The notes under the pieces: model-generated
The model's database searches: none
What the model was told of the DNA's origin: nothing
What the model saw: only the letters and a program-made list of their open reading frames with translations
Shown here: piece by piece, positions 1-9,950 of the stretch
How the letters are laid out: each line of letters begins with the position of its first letter
How positions within the stretch are numbered: the first letter of the stretch is position 1
Made by a program: the position numbers and the translations under genes
Assembly: GCA_963789265.1 (NCBI GenBank)
Contig: CAWBKB010000001.1
Location: forward strand, 1,568,001-1,632,000
Source: an uncultured delta proteobacterium
GTDB taxonomy: Bacteria; Desulfobacterota; Desulfomonilia; Desulfomonilales; Desulfomonilaceae
DNA: 64,000 bases
Direction: 5' to 3'

Positions 1-14
1 AGAGCTTTGCCGGT

Positions 15-1169
15 GTGGCGCCGGGGGACGTTCCTGTAGGAGGGCTTAATCTTGTTCCCTCTAATCCGTTTGTGTTGCCCGGGACCGCTCAGGGGTCTTG
101 GTGGGGCGCAATTTATAACAATTATTGGGACTTTTTAGGAAAGTTAGGGGTGACGAGCGCCCGCGTCGGCATCTTTTACGGATGGGGGAATATAAGAGTC
201 GACGATTCCGTCGGCTTTGGTCAACACAAAGGCCCTCTCCAGTCGGATTTTGCCGCCTTCCACAACTATAGAAAGGCGGATCTGAAGGACGGCTATCTCT
301 CGGGAGTCTTCGGCATAGGCATGCCGAACATGGAATTCCTCACATTCGGTATGGAAACAAATTTTCGCTCTCTTACAAGCTTTAAACAATACACTGAGGC
401 GGGGAACTTCCCTGTTGCCGGCTTACCTCCGGCCAGATGGTATCGGGGCGCTCTAGGTGTTTTGGTTTTAGGGAACGAGGAGTCCGGACTAATAACTCTT
501 GATAACAGAAACAAGTATTGGGCATTTGACTTATGTGGCAGGGTACCGATTTTTCCGGCATGGGACTTGCTTTTGGGTTACAAGTGGAGCTGGATTAAAA
601 GCAATATAGATCCATTAAGCGCTACTGTTGCTCCTGGTGGTGGTGGTGGTGGGTTTGCTACATATCCTGTCTTGCCTGGACAGGCGGGTTGGAGACCTGC
701 GTGGAGGGAGACAGCCCCAACCGCTACCGCGTTTGAAATGTTTCAGCAGATTACTTGGCACGGCCCGTTTATTGGCGTCCGCATGTCAAATGATGTCGGC
801 TACGGCTTTGACTGGTTTTTGGACACCCGCCTCTATCCGTGGCTGTTCGGAGAGTATACGTTTACATGGAGCGGCGCTTTCCTTGACCCGACGCCGAGTA
901 TTCACGGTGCGCAATCAACCGTATTTACGGGCGATCGCAGGTTTGCAATTGACGTGGACTTCCGTTGTCGGACTTTATGGAGGAATTTGATCACATTTCA
1001 GTTGGAAACTCGCTATTCGTATGCTTCGATGTCGGGTTCGTGTGTCGAATATCAGACAGAGGGCGATATTTATTTTCCCAACGGTAACTACGCTCAGGAT
1101 ACCCCTGAAACCCTCAGCATACGCCAACAATTCTGGACGGTTGGCGGAAGTCTTGAATTAGCCTTCTGA
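15..1169 (+). CDS. Outer-membrane beta-barrel protein, omptin-like architecture (probably starts upstream of window)
   Basis: Aromatic-rich amphipathic strands, LLLGYKWS...WHGPFIGV segment, C-terminal LELAF (terminal Phe); (GGT)5 poly-Gly at 636-650. Confidence 0.55.
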   Translation: MAPGDVPVGGLNLVPSNPFVLPGTAQGSWWGAIYNNYWDFLGKLGVTSARVGIFYGWGNIRVDDSVGFGQHKGPLQSDFAAFHNYRKADLKDGYLSGVFGIGMPNMEFLTFGMETNFRSLTSFKQYTEAGNFPVAGLPPARWYRGALGVLVLGNEESGLITLDNRNKYWAFDLCGRVPIFPAWDLLLGYKWSWIKSNIDPLSATVAPGGGGGGFATYPVLPGQAGWRPAWRETAPTATAFEMFQQITWHGPFIGVRMSNDVGYGFDWFLDTRLYPWLFGEYTFTWSGAFLDPTPSIHGAQSTVFTGDRRFAIDVDFRCRTLWRNLITFQLETRYSYASMSGSCVEYQTEGDIYFPNGNYAQDTPETLSIRQQFWTVGGSLELAF

Positions 1170-1433
1170 CGACGGTCTTGAACCGGGCCTGAGGGCGAAG
1201 TTGCTGGAAATTGATGTGCCTGGGGTTAAGTCTTGCTTTTTGCCTCATCGATATCGCGGCGCAGATGTGGCTCCATAGTTCGCTGGTGAGCAGAACTGCC
1301 CAGGTCGAAAGGCAGTACTCAAGAAACAAGACCTGACACAACAACCTGCACGCTAGGCGCGAGACCGGCAATGACAGGCTTTCGCCGCGCGTAACTGAGG
1401 GATTGCATGGATCCCGGAATTTTGCTTGACGAG

Positions 1434-2954
1434 CCTTGATTGCGCATCAAAAAAAGTAAAAAACCTCGTTGTTCTTGAGGAATCAAGAGGATAGAATCCG
1501 GTTTGCTTTAAGGATCTATCACCAACGAGGTGGATGCATTATGGCGCAAAGGGCAGAAGAGGTCGGTGCCTCCCCCTTCTTCGGCAAACGGCTATTTGAA
1601 TCATTTCCATGACCCTGAGCAGGAGAAGCTTCGAAGGCCGGAGAAGGCATTTATTCCAGCTCCCAATGATTATCTGAGGGCCTTGATAGAGGTAAGGGGA
1701 GATTTCATAGCCTCTGTTCAAAGGCGTTCTCCTCAAAAGGTAGCGACTCTGGATCTCGATGCGACGGTAGTGGAGACGAACAAGCGAGAAGCGCTCGACT
1801 GTTACAAGGAATACAAAGCGTATCAGCCGTTGCAGGTGTACTGGGCGGAACAGGGCCTCATTGTGCACTCGGAGTTCCGAGACGGCAACGTCTGGGCCGG
1901 TAAGGACAATCTTCGCGTCTGAGAAGAGGCATTGTCCTTCCTGCCTGCGGCTGTATCTAAGGTATATCTGCGCTCGGATACGGCAGGATATCAGCATGAT
2001 CTGATGAAGTTCTGTGCGGACCCGAACAAGGGCCGCTTCGGACTCATCGATTTCGTCAGTGGCGCCAAGGTATCCGAATCGTTCAAGCGAGCAGTGTCAG
2101 AGGTGGAGGAATCAGAATGGCGCCGCTTGTATCGCAAGACTGATAAAGGCTTGATTGCTACGGGTCAGGAGTACGCGGAGGTCTGTTTCGTTCCTGAGGA
2201 GCTCGCACGCAAGAAAGACGGTCCTGAGTTTCGGTACCTGGCAATTCGCGAGGTTTTGGAGCAGCCTGCCCAGTCGGAGATGGATCAACAGATTACTCTG
2301 CCGTTTCCGACCATGAATTTCGGTTCGGTAAAGTACAAGGTGTTTGGAATTGTCACGAAACGTGACATCCCTGGAGATGATCTGATTTGGTGGTACAGGG
2401 AGCGCTGCGGGAAATCTGAAGAGGCGCATTCGGTTATGAAGGAAGATCTTGCGGGAGGGAGACTTCCTTCAGGAGATTTCGGGGTAAACGCAGCATGGTG
2501 GCACATGATAATTCTGGCTTTGAACCTGAACTCCTCGATGAAACGTTTGGTTCTGGGGGGAGCATGGGTGGGCAAACGCATGAAGGCCATCAGGTTCTGG
2601 TTGATCAAGCTGCGGGGTCGTGTGCTCAAACGAGCTCGGATGCTGCGTGTTCGACTCGTTGGGGGGCATGCGTCGAACGAGACACTTCTGGAGATGAGAA
2701 GGAGGATTCTGGGCCTTTGCGAATCGGGTTAGACAGCACCGCAGACGGGGGGAAATGAAGCGCAGAGAGGGAAACAGACTGACCGGGGGAGTAGTGTGCC
2801 TGAAATCCGGCCGAACAGGCGGAATTCGGTATACGAATCAGGCTGACGTGCTACGAAGTCCAGTCCGCATGGGCAAGGGACAACATCAAGGGGGCATTCA
2901 CGGTCCGAGAAGACGTCCAAATTACCTGCCAGCAAAATGGGTGGTGGATTATGG
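1434..2954 (+). mobile_element. Decayed IS1380-family insertion sequence (ends approximate)
   Basis: Contains IS1380-type transposase remnants; weak candidate ends CCTTGATT (1434) and GATTATGG (2954); no clear target duplication. Confidence 0.55.
1541..2732 (+). pseudogene. IS1380-family transposase pseudogene
   Basis: LDLDATVV..YQPL..EFRDGNV..YLRSDTAGY..WYRERCGKSEE..LPSGDFGVNAAWW motifs; in-frame TGA at 1920-1922; N-terminal part missing. Confidence 0.85.
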
Positions 2955-3343
2955 ATTATGATGCCGAATGGGACGACTTGGAAGTGCGGGATATGGTAGA
3001 ATTCCACTCAAAATCGTAAAGAGAAGCTTCCAATGAACGAAGAAGAATTAACCAGACTGGAACACGCCGAAAAAGCGCAATTTGCACGGATTTCGGTTTC
3101 ATCGCGTCTTGCCCGACGGACAGACGGTTGCAACCTGCCTTCTCAGGAGGGACTCCCGGATGCCGTATGGGAGAACCCACTGCACTTGGCGCAACGCCCA
3201 ACGGAAAGATTTCGATCGCCAATTTGGTGGCTAACGTCAAGGTATTTGCCAGGATGATGGACCGATCTCGGGCCGTCATTTGCTATTGTATTGCCCTGGT
3301 AGATTGCCGGGGGTGATGTTTTCGCTTTAAAGGATGCGGGGGT

Positions 3344-4765
3344 ATGCATTTACATAAGCCCTCGGTTGGTTCGTTCATTGTTTTGGTACTGTCAATATTC
3401 CTGGTTACGGCGCCTCCGCTGGCGAAGTGGACCGAGGCCGCAGAGGTGAGCCGCGCCTCCCGAACCGGTGACAGGCAGTTGTCATTGTCACAGGTTATTT
3501 CAATAGCTTTGGCGAGAAACCTGCGAATGGCCGACGCCCGTCTCGAGGTTCGGGAAAGGGAGTATCAGAGTCGCGAGGCTTTCTCAGACTTCCTTCCTTC
3601 CATTAATTTTCAATACTCCGCCACAGCGGACAGGTATAGGAACTCGGGATTCATAGGGGAGTTGACGGGGCAACATGACAGTCGGTGGAGGGAAAGAGGG
3701 CATCCGTTTTCCGGAGGGGGGCGACCATACTATCCTTACAGAATAGACCCATATCGAAACTTTACGCTCACCGCGACTATGACCCAGCCTGTGTTTACCG
3801 GCGGAAAATTGTTGAATGATTACAAATACGCTCAGTTAAATGTTGATTTTCAGGCGATTCAGTACGACGTCGACCGCCAGGACCTGATTCTTGACGTCAC
3901 TGAGGCATATTACCAGCTAATACAGGGAGAAAAAGAACTTGAGGTCGCGGAATCGGCAATTCGTGCCCTGGAAGCCTTGAGAAAGCAGACTATCGAATTC
4001 TTCCATGCCGGCGACGTGGCCAAAGTGGACGTCCTCTCCACAGAGGGGCAGTTGGCGCAAGCCCGCGTCCAGAAAAGTCAGGCTCTGGCTGACATTGAAC
4101 AAGCCGAGGCTACCCTCTGTTTCCTCCTCCGCTATCCTCAGGAGGCCCCAATCAAAGTCGTCCAAGATATAGCCTATCGTCCGAACCGATACCGTATCCC
4201 CGAGATTTATGCCGCGGCAGCGGCAAACAGGCTCGAAATACGCCAGGCGAACATCTCCGTGGATCAGGCCCTCGCTCTGATAAAGTCCGCCAAAGCCGAC
4301 CTACTGCCTTCGATCTCAGTCCAGATACAGGCAACCCGGATTAATGACGACTGGAACCCTTTCGATCCGGAGGGAGTAAATGACTGGCAAGTGCAAGGAC
4401 TGCTCACCTGGGCTTTTGACATGTTCCGTTCGCGGGAAACAGTCAAGGAACGGAGGGCAACTGAGGCCCGAGCCTTCGTTGCCAGAGAGCAACTTGTCGA
4501 ACAAGTGATGGAAGAGGTCAAGTCAGCGTACGTGGACATGAAGCATTCGGAAAGCGACATCGAAAACAACAAAGCAGCCGTCGCGTACAGGCGGGAGAAT
4601 TTTCGTATCACCCTCCAAAAGTATCAGGTGCAGAATGCCACGTATATCGAAGTATTGGACGCCCAGAGACAGTTGTCCTTATCTCAGGGGAGTTACTATA
4701 CATCCCTTATCGGCTACATAATCAATAAAGCTATACTAGAGAGGCGGATGGGAATTCTGAAATAG
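3344..4765 (+). CDS. TolC-family outer membrane efflux protein
   Basis: Signal peptide; LSLSQVISIALARN, TQPVFTGG, VTEAYY, LLPSISV, ATYIEVLDAQ two-repeat OEP pattern. Confidence 0.9.
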   Translation: MHLHKPSVGSFIVLVLSIFLVTAPPLAKWTEAAEVSRASRTGDRQLSLSQVISIALARNLRMADARLEVREREYQSREAFSDFLPSINFQYSATADRYRNSGFIGELTGQHDSRWRERGHPFSGGGRPYYPYRIDPYRNFTLTATMTQPVFTGGKLLNDYKYAQLNVDFQAIQYDVDRQDLILDVTEAYYQLIQGEKELEVAESAIRALEALRKQTIEFFHAGDVAKVDVLSTEGQLAQARVQKSQALADIEQAEATLCFLLRYPQEAPIKVVQDIAYRPNRYRIPEIYAAAAANRLEIRQANISVDQALALIKSAKADLLPSISVQIQATRINDDWNPFDPEGVNDWQVQGLLTWAFDMFRSRETVKERRATEARAFVAREQLVEQVMEEVKSAYVDMKHSESDIENNKAAVAYRRENFRITLQKYQVQNATYIEVLDAQRQLSLSQGSYYTSLIGYIINKAILERRMGILK

Positions 4766-4859
4766 TGTTGAAACAATTCCAGTAAATATCCACGGGCAGA
4801 GCACGTGGATATTTACTTCGGTGATCCCGGCCCTGCTTGACAGCCTACTAGGCGACGTC

Positions 4860-5087
4860 CTACATCTTGTTGGCGAAGTCACGGCCCGAAGTCGGCGGTG
4901 GAAGCGGCTTCCCGTCGGCCCGGCACAGGGCGACGGCTTCCTCGACGATCTCGCACAGTTCCGAAAATACCTCTTTCTCGTCAAGACCGTGACAGCCCCC
5001 AAAGATCAAACCAGGTGCGCTTCCCACATAACACTGATCCTCCTCGGACCATTCCACGATCTTGGCATATCTCGCGCTCTCTTTCAT
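4860..5087 (-). CDS. hicB: HicB-like antitoxin
   Basis: YAKIVEWSEEDQCYVGSAPGL..GGCHG..EAVAL..DGKPLPPP; downstream of hicA; ATG at 5087. Confidence 0.8.
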   Translation of the reverse strand: MKESARYAKIVEWSEEDQCYVGSAPGLIFGGCHGLDEKEVFSELCEIVEEAVALCRADGKPLPPPTSGRDFANKM

Positions 5088-5103
5088 AGTTGAGACTCCT
5101 CGA

Positions 5104-5310
5104 GACAAATTGTCTCAAAACTAATTTGATGCCCAGAATCGTGCCACGATTAAGCCTGATGGGCATTTTCGGTGCTCTCACCCCAGCCCTCTCCCAGAGG
5201 GAGAGGGAGCTGATCCAAGGTCTCTATCAGCGTCCCCTCGCCCTTTGGGAGAGGGTCAGGGTGAGGGAATTTCGTCTTACGATTGCGTCCAGTTCAAGAG
5301 TTTTGAGACT
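5104..5310. mobile_element. MITE/cassette with IS1182-type ends carrying a CCCTCTCCC..GGGAGAGGG REP doublet, between hicA and hicB
   Basis: TGTCTCAAAA (5111) / TTTTGAGAC (5301) ends, ATCGTGCCACGAT and TCGTCTTACGA boxes; 14-bp direct repeat at 5090-5103 and 5303-5316. Confidence 0.75.
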
Positions 5311-5494
5311 CCTCGATAGCCCGGCGCACCGCGCGGACCCGGTACTTTTTCGCTTCATCTCCCGGTCTTCCGGAGATTGTCACTGGCTTGGACACCTTCG
5401 GGTGCACGAAGTTTCGGTGACTTCCCTTTCCGCCACGATCTACGAAGCCGGCCTGAAGCAACTTGTCCGTCAACTCCCTCACCTTTGGTGGCAA
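5294..5494 (-). CDS. hicA: HicA-family mRNA interferase toxin
   Basis: 66 aa, KVRELTDKLLQAGF..GKGSHRNFVHP..VTISG motif. Confidence 0.88.
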   Translation of the reverse strand: MPPKVRELTDKLLQAGFVDRGGKGSHRNFVHPKVSKPVTISGRPGDEAKKYRVRAVRRAIEESQNS

Positions 5495-5565
5495 GGAGTC
5501 CTCCTCTATGTTTCAGCCGGCCGGCAGTGCAGGTCTGAACATATTGTCGTTCGTGGCTCTCTCAT

Positions 5566-6292
5566 TTATCCGCCAACTGCAATAAGCCGCAGAAGCTTTC
5601 GTAATTGCCGGAGATCGTTTTCCGATATCTTGCTTATGGCGAATCCAGTCAGGTAGGTTCCAATCTCGGCCTCGGCAAAACGCCACCGGCAGTACGCTTC
5701 GAATTCAAAGGAAGAAAATTCACCTAACTCGTCTCCAAGTACGACCAGAGTCTTGACTTCGCCTCGGTTGGCCTCGATCCCTGCAACGCCCACGCCTTCT
5801 TCAGAAATATCACGCACTGTACCATGAATTTCCGGCCGGCTTGCCTCGTAGATGAGCACCTCGAAATCGACTTCATGTCTCACAAATTCGCGGGTTGCAA
5901 GGAATTCCGTACGTTTCTTCGATGATTGTGTCCAGGCCATCCGTGACGACGGATCTCTTCCCGCGTGCGTCGAGCAGCTTCTTGCTCAATTGTCGAAGCA
6001 TGTCTTCCGACAATTCGTACTTTCTCATGAGGTCCGAGTCATTCATCCCCTTTCTGATGTCGGCCAGGACTTCGCCGATGTTGAGCTTACGTCGGACAGG
6101 CGTCTGATCCTGCTTCAGGAGACGGGCTTCGATCAACTTTTGATAAAGTCTCTGCAAGCCCTTGAAGGAAAGGTTGTATTTTTGTCGAATCGCGGTCTCG
6201 TCCATCCCCGATCGGATGTCATGAAGGACTTCCCTAAGAGGCACTTTGCGTACAATCATAACTTTTCCCGGACCAGCGGTTTGAGTGGTCAT
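5566..6292 (-). CDS. PilZ-domain protein with two N-terminal helical repeats; +1 frameshift near 5910-5916
   Basis: ORFs 5873-6292 and 5566-5940 join; PilZ RxxxR (REFVR) and DxSxxG (DISEEG); two DIRxGM..KYxLS repeats. Confidence 0.7.
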
Positions 6293-6379
6293 CCTACGCC
6301 ATAACCTGAGATCATGGAACTAAAAAATATTAGCTTGTAATCATTCGCTTCCGCCGGGTTCTCGGCGGGACAGGCATCC

Positions 6380-6588
6380 GAAAGAGTCACAAAACTATTT
6401 TGATGACCAGAATCGTGCCACGATTGAGGCTCATTCGTATAGTCGTCGCCCTCACCCCAACCCTCTCCCAGAGGGAGAGGGAGCAGGTCCAGGGCAGTTC
6501 TGCACTTCCCTCGCCCTCTGGGAGAGGGACACATGGTGAGGGATTCGTGGTACGATTTCGTCCGCTTCATTGCTTTTGAGACAGTTTC
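6380..6588. mobile_element. MITE/cassette with IS1182-type ends, inserted in a REP hairpin
   Basis: Ends GAAAGAGTCACAAAA / TTTTGAGACAGTTTC; ATCC duplicated at 6376-6379 and 6589-6592; REP doublet cargo. Confidence 0.85.
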
Positions 6589-6766
6589 ATCCTGCCGGTC
6601 AATGCTTAGTGGCGGGCAGGATGCCCACCCCACTGAAGGAGGCTTCGCTTCGCTCGCAAAGACACAGGCCGAGACAGGATGTTGTGAACACAAACTTGCA
6701 CCAACAGCTCAAAACAAATGGGCTTTACCCGTGTTCAGCCGCGTGCGGTTGAGCCGCGACAGCCTG

Positions 6767-9458
6767 TTAGGCCTCTTGCCCTCCGGCCGAATAGGCCAGA
6801 GCCAGCAGAATGGAGTTGAACTTGGTCTGGGCCGTGTCACCGCGGGACGTCAGAACTATGGGGACTGTACCGGGACCGGCTGTGATGATGGCGCCGTTGT
6901 CGACAAGAAGGCCCAGGGTTCCCATGGTTTTCGAGAGCATCTTGTAGAGGACATTTGCAGTATTAATGTCGGTAGCGACCAAGCAGTTTGCGTCCCCCAT
7001 GATTCGCCCCTGATAATGCTTTTCCTTGGCCACTTCAGGGACTGTGGCCAGATCAAAAGATAACGGGCCTTCAACGATCAGGGGGCCGTACCGGTCTTCC
7101 AGTGCTTTGGCTCGCTCTTCAGCCTCAGCGGCAAGAAGAGTGGCGGGAATTGCCGCAGTCTCCTTTTCAACTGCGGTTATCAAGGCCACTTTGAGGATAT
7201 GCCGTTTAGCCACGACTTTTCTGACCACGTCCAACTGGTTCTCTATCACCTTTGTCAGCGCTTCCGCATTTCGGAATCCGGGATTCACCGCGGCGTCGGA
7301 CAGAGCGAGGAAGCGGCCGTCGGGGAGAACAAACAGTGCGGTGTTCGATGCCAGCCGCCGGGGAGCCGGAGCGGCCCCAGCGCCGCCATTTGAATCGGTC
7401 CTGTAGATGGACAGCGCTTCACGCAGAAGCCCGGCCGTATCCACGCTCCCCTTCATCACAAGAAAATCGCGGTTTTCTTTGAGAAAGGCGCTGAATGTCT
7501 CGGCCATGGATTTCTTCTTTGCGTCGAAATCAACAGCCAAGGGGTCAATCGGGACCAACTCCACTCCGGGATCCAGATTGGGAGACAACCGGACTTTAGA
7601 CCGCTCGACGGCATCCTCTATTTCCGGAGGGTTCCCGATAAGCGCTACCCTGTCGACCAAGCCGTAATCCCTCGCGTTGGAAACCGCGACCAGTGCATCT
7701 TCATTGTCGGCTCCAACCAGGACCAAGTCGGCCGGACGGAACCTTCCCTCAGTGATATAACCTGTGACCTCATCAAGGAGCGAAGAGAACGAGAAGGTTT
7801 CAACAGCGCCTTCTGCCGCACCCAACACCTGTAGGGCATGTTGAACGCTCTTTGCTTCAACCGTGTATTGCAGGCGTCGATCTCCCTTGGCCGGATTTAC
7901 GTACATTTCAAAAAGATGATTCGCTATGAGATACTCCTGTTCCAGGGAATCCAGGCACATTATTGGAGTAAACGGCTTATCCAGCATCTCACGAATGCGC
8001 CCGAAGAGTTGATGGAAGTGACGATCAAGGGCCATCATGCTGGTAATTACAATGAAGTCCGGACGCTGAGAGGATTTGCCCGCAGAAGCCATCTCCAACA
8101 CCACAGCTACCTGCCGCGCGTATGAGTTGACCACGTGCATCAGGCTTCGTGCCAAGGAGGTGGATATCTTCCCGGACTCGACGATCATTAGTAATTCGCA
8201 GATCTCTTTGACTCCCGTTCCTATTCCGGGAGTGGCCAGCCGAAAGTGAGGAGGTATCGTAAAGTTTCTCTTGCTTCAGGCATTCTACGATCTTGTCGAA
8301 GTCGAATTCCGTCAATTCTCGGTTGGCCTCCTGGGCGGTGATTTCGCGAACTATGCGGGGGCCGATCTTTCTTGCCACTGAAGCAAAGAGTTCGTCCAGG
8401 GTCAGTACAAGAAGATTCAATGTCTCCGGATTGATCCTGTGAATCTCTGAAAGGAGCGCCGCGACCGATTTCAAAGGCGTTACCTTTACGAACCCCTTGA
8501 GGCTTTGTCTCAGTTCTCTCGATTCAGCCCTGAAAAGATTCCGGACATCTTGCGACCTTAACGTGGAAAAAGATAGCGGACTGCACAGCGATGCGTTGAC
8601 AACATCCCTGTCACCTTGACGCTTCAGCAAATCACGCAACTCCCACGCCACAAGCGCTCCGCGATTCAGAGAGCTGTTGTGCAATCTCTTCCACGATTCG
8701 TCGCGAACCTTTTCTGTTAGCACATAGATGCCGTCCGGAACGGTCCCCAGGTCGCCTCCGCCGCATACCACGTCCGTCACTTCCGAGAGCTTGATTTCGC
8801 TCTTCAGAAGGAGATTGGTGATCTGGAGGGCCAATTCTTCAGGAGAAGTACCGAACGTTCGGAAGTCGATCTCACTTCGAAAGAGCACCCGAAACCCTTG
8901 TACAGCCAGCACGTATACCGCATACCGTTTGGCAATGAGTGCCACGGTAATGGTCCGTTCCAGTTGTTTGAATGAGCGTTCGAGCTGCGGATGGTCGATT
9001 TCAATTGCTTTTCGACGGGCTATGTTACTGAGAATCATGTGAACGACGGGACTTTCTCGACCCGGGCTGCCGCAACGGTACAGGATCAACACATACACTG
9101 AGAGAAGTTCCCCATAAATTTTCGCAAACTGCCTCTCATGCCTGACATCGTCGGTAGCGGACAGAATGCCCTCCAACAGGACCCTGAGTTCGAAAAAGTC
9201 CTCCGGGTTCCTTATACGGTGTTCGAGTGCGAGGATTTCCGCGATTACTCGCTCGTGAAGGAATTCCGATATATTTTCCAATTCTTGTGCCGCATTCTTT
9301 GCGTCACTAAGTGCTGCTTGGATTCGGTGAACTCTCGGCGGCGCTTCAGAAGAGTCACCTCGCAAATCACAAAACAAGGCCGGCGGAAAGTAACCTGATT
9401 CTGCTATGGCCCGTTGCAGCTCTTTGATGCTCTTGCTTATTCCCTTATCTTCTCTCAT
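6767..9458 (-). CDS. Fusion of degenerate butyrate-kinase-like domain and phosphate acetyl/butyryltransferase domain; +1 frameshift at about 8265-8267
   Basis: C-terminal PTA/PTB motifs (LVMKGSVDT, SDAAVN, VEGPLSFDLA, ANVLYK, PIVLTSRGD); Buk-like VCGGGDLGTVPDGIY; removing one base joins ORFs 8025-9458 and 6767-8188. Confidence 0.75.
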
Positions 9459-9508
9459 TGTATTCTACCGATCTTCCGTAAGTTCCGGCTTCAATCTCTA
9501 TAACATTA

Positions 9509-9692
9509 TATAGCAGTTGCCAAAAAATAATGACCGATTGCACGACGGTCCAGGGGAGGGCACATTAGTGGGGCGGACTTTCTGGTCCGCCGAATTTGTG
9601 AGCGAAAGCGCAGACTGGAAAGACTGCGCCACAAATGGAGACACCCCCAAACTGCTGTAGTGAAACGGTCAAAAATATTGGCAACTGCTATA
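9509..9692. mobile_element. MITE with TA-terminated inverted repeats carrying a REP doublet
   Basis: Perfect 15-bp IR TATAGCAGTTGCCAA / TTGGCAACTGCTATA; cargo matches free REP at 14619-14684. Confidence 0.75.
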
Positions 9693-9772
9693 AACGAGCA
9701 GACAATGGATCTAGTTCGTCTGAAAATACAGACCACGGTACCCGTCACCTATACGAGGAACCTTTCGGCCCT

Positions 9773-9905
9773 TGTCATTGCGAGGAGCAAATAGTGGGAC
9801 AGGCATCCTGCCTGTCTATTATGGACGACGGGCAGGATGCCCGTCCCACTGGCAATCTAAGCGGGTTCATAAAAAAAAGATTGCTTCGCTTCGCTCGTAA
9901 TGACA
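9773..9905. repeat. Nested REP-like repeats
   Basis: TGTCATTGCGAG...CTCGTAATGACA outer IR with inner GTGGGACAGGCATCCTGCC..GGCAGGATGCCCGTCCCAC doublet at 9793-9850. Confidence 0.7.
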
Positions 9906-9950
9906 ACCTTTTCAGCGCTCGTACGCAAATTCTTTCAAGAGGGGTTTGTG

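Noticed and set aside
1920..1922. In-frame TGA as selenocysteine or readthrough
   Set aside because: Lies in a transposase at a non-Cys-type position, the gene has another lesion, and no SECIS was recognised
3033..3257. 74-aa ORF between IS1380 and tolC
   Set aside because: No recognisable motif; possibly a remnant disrupted by the IS; insufficient support
6289..6693. ORFs spanning REP/MITE regions (also 5090-5656, 21482-21966, 59566-59898)
   Set aside because: Translations of GC-rich repeat sequence, not credible proteins
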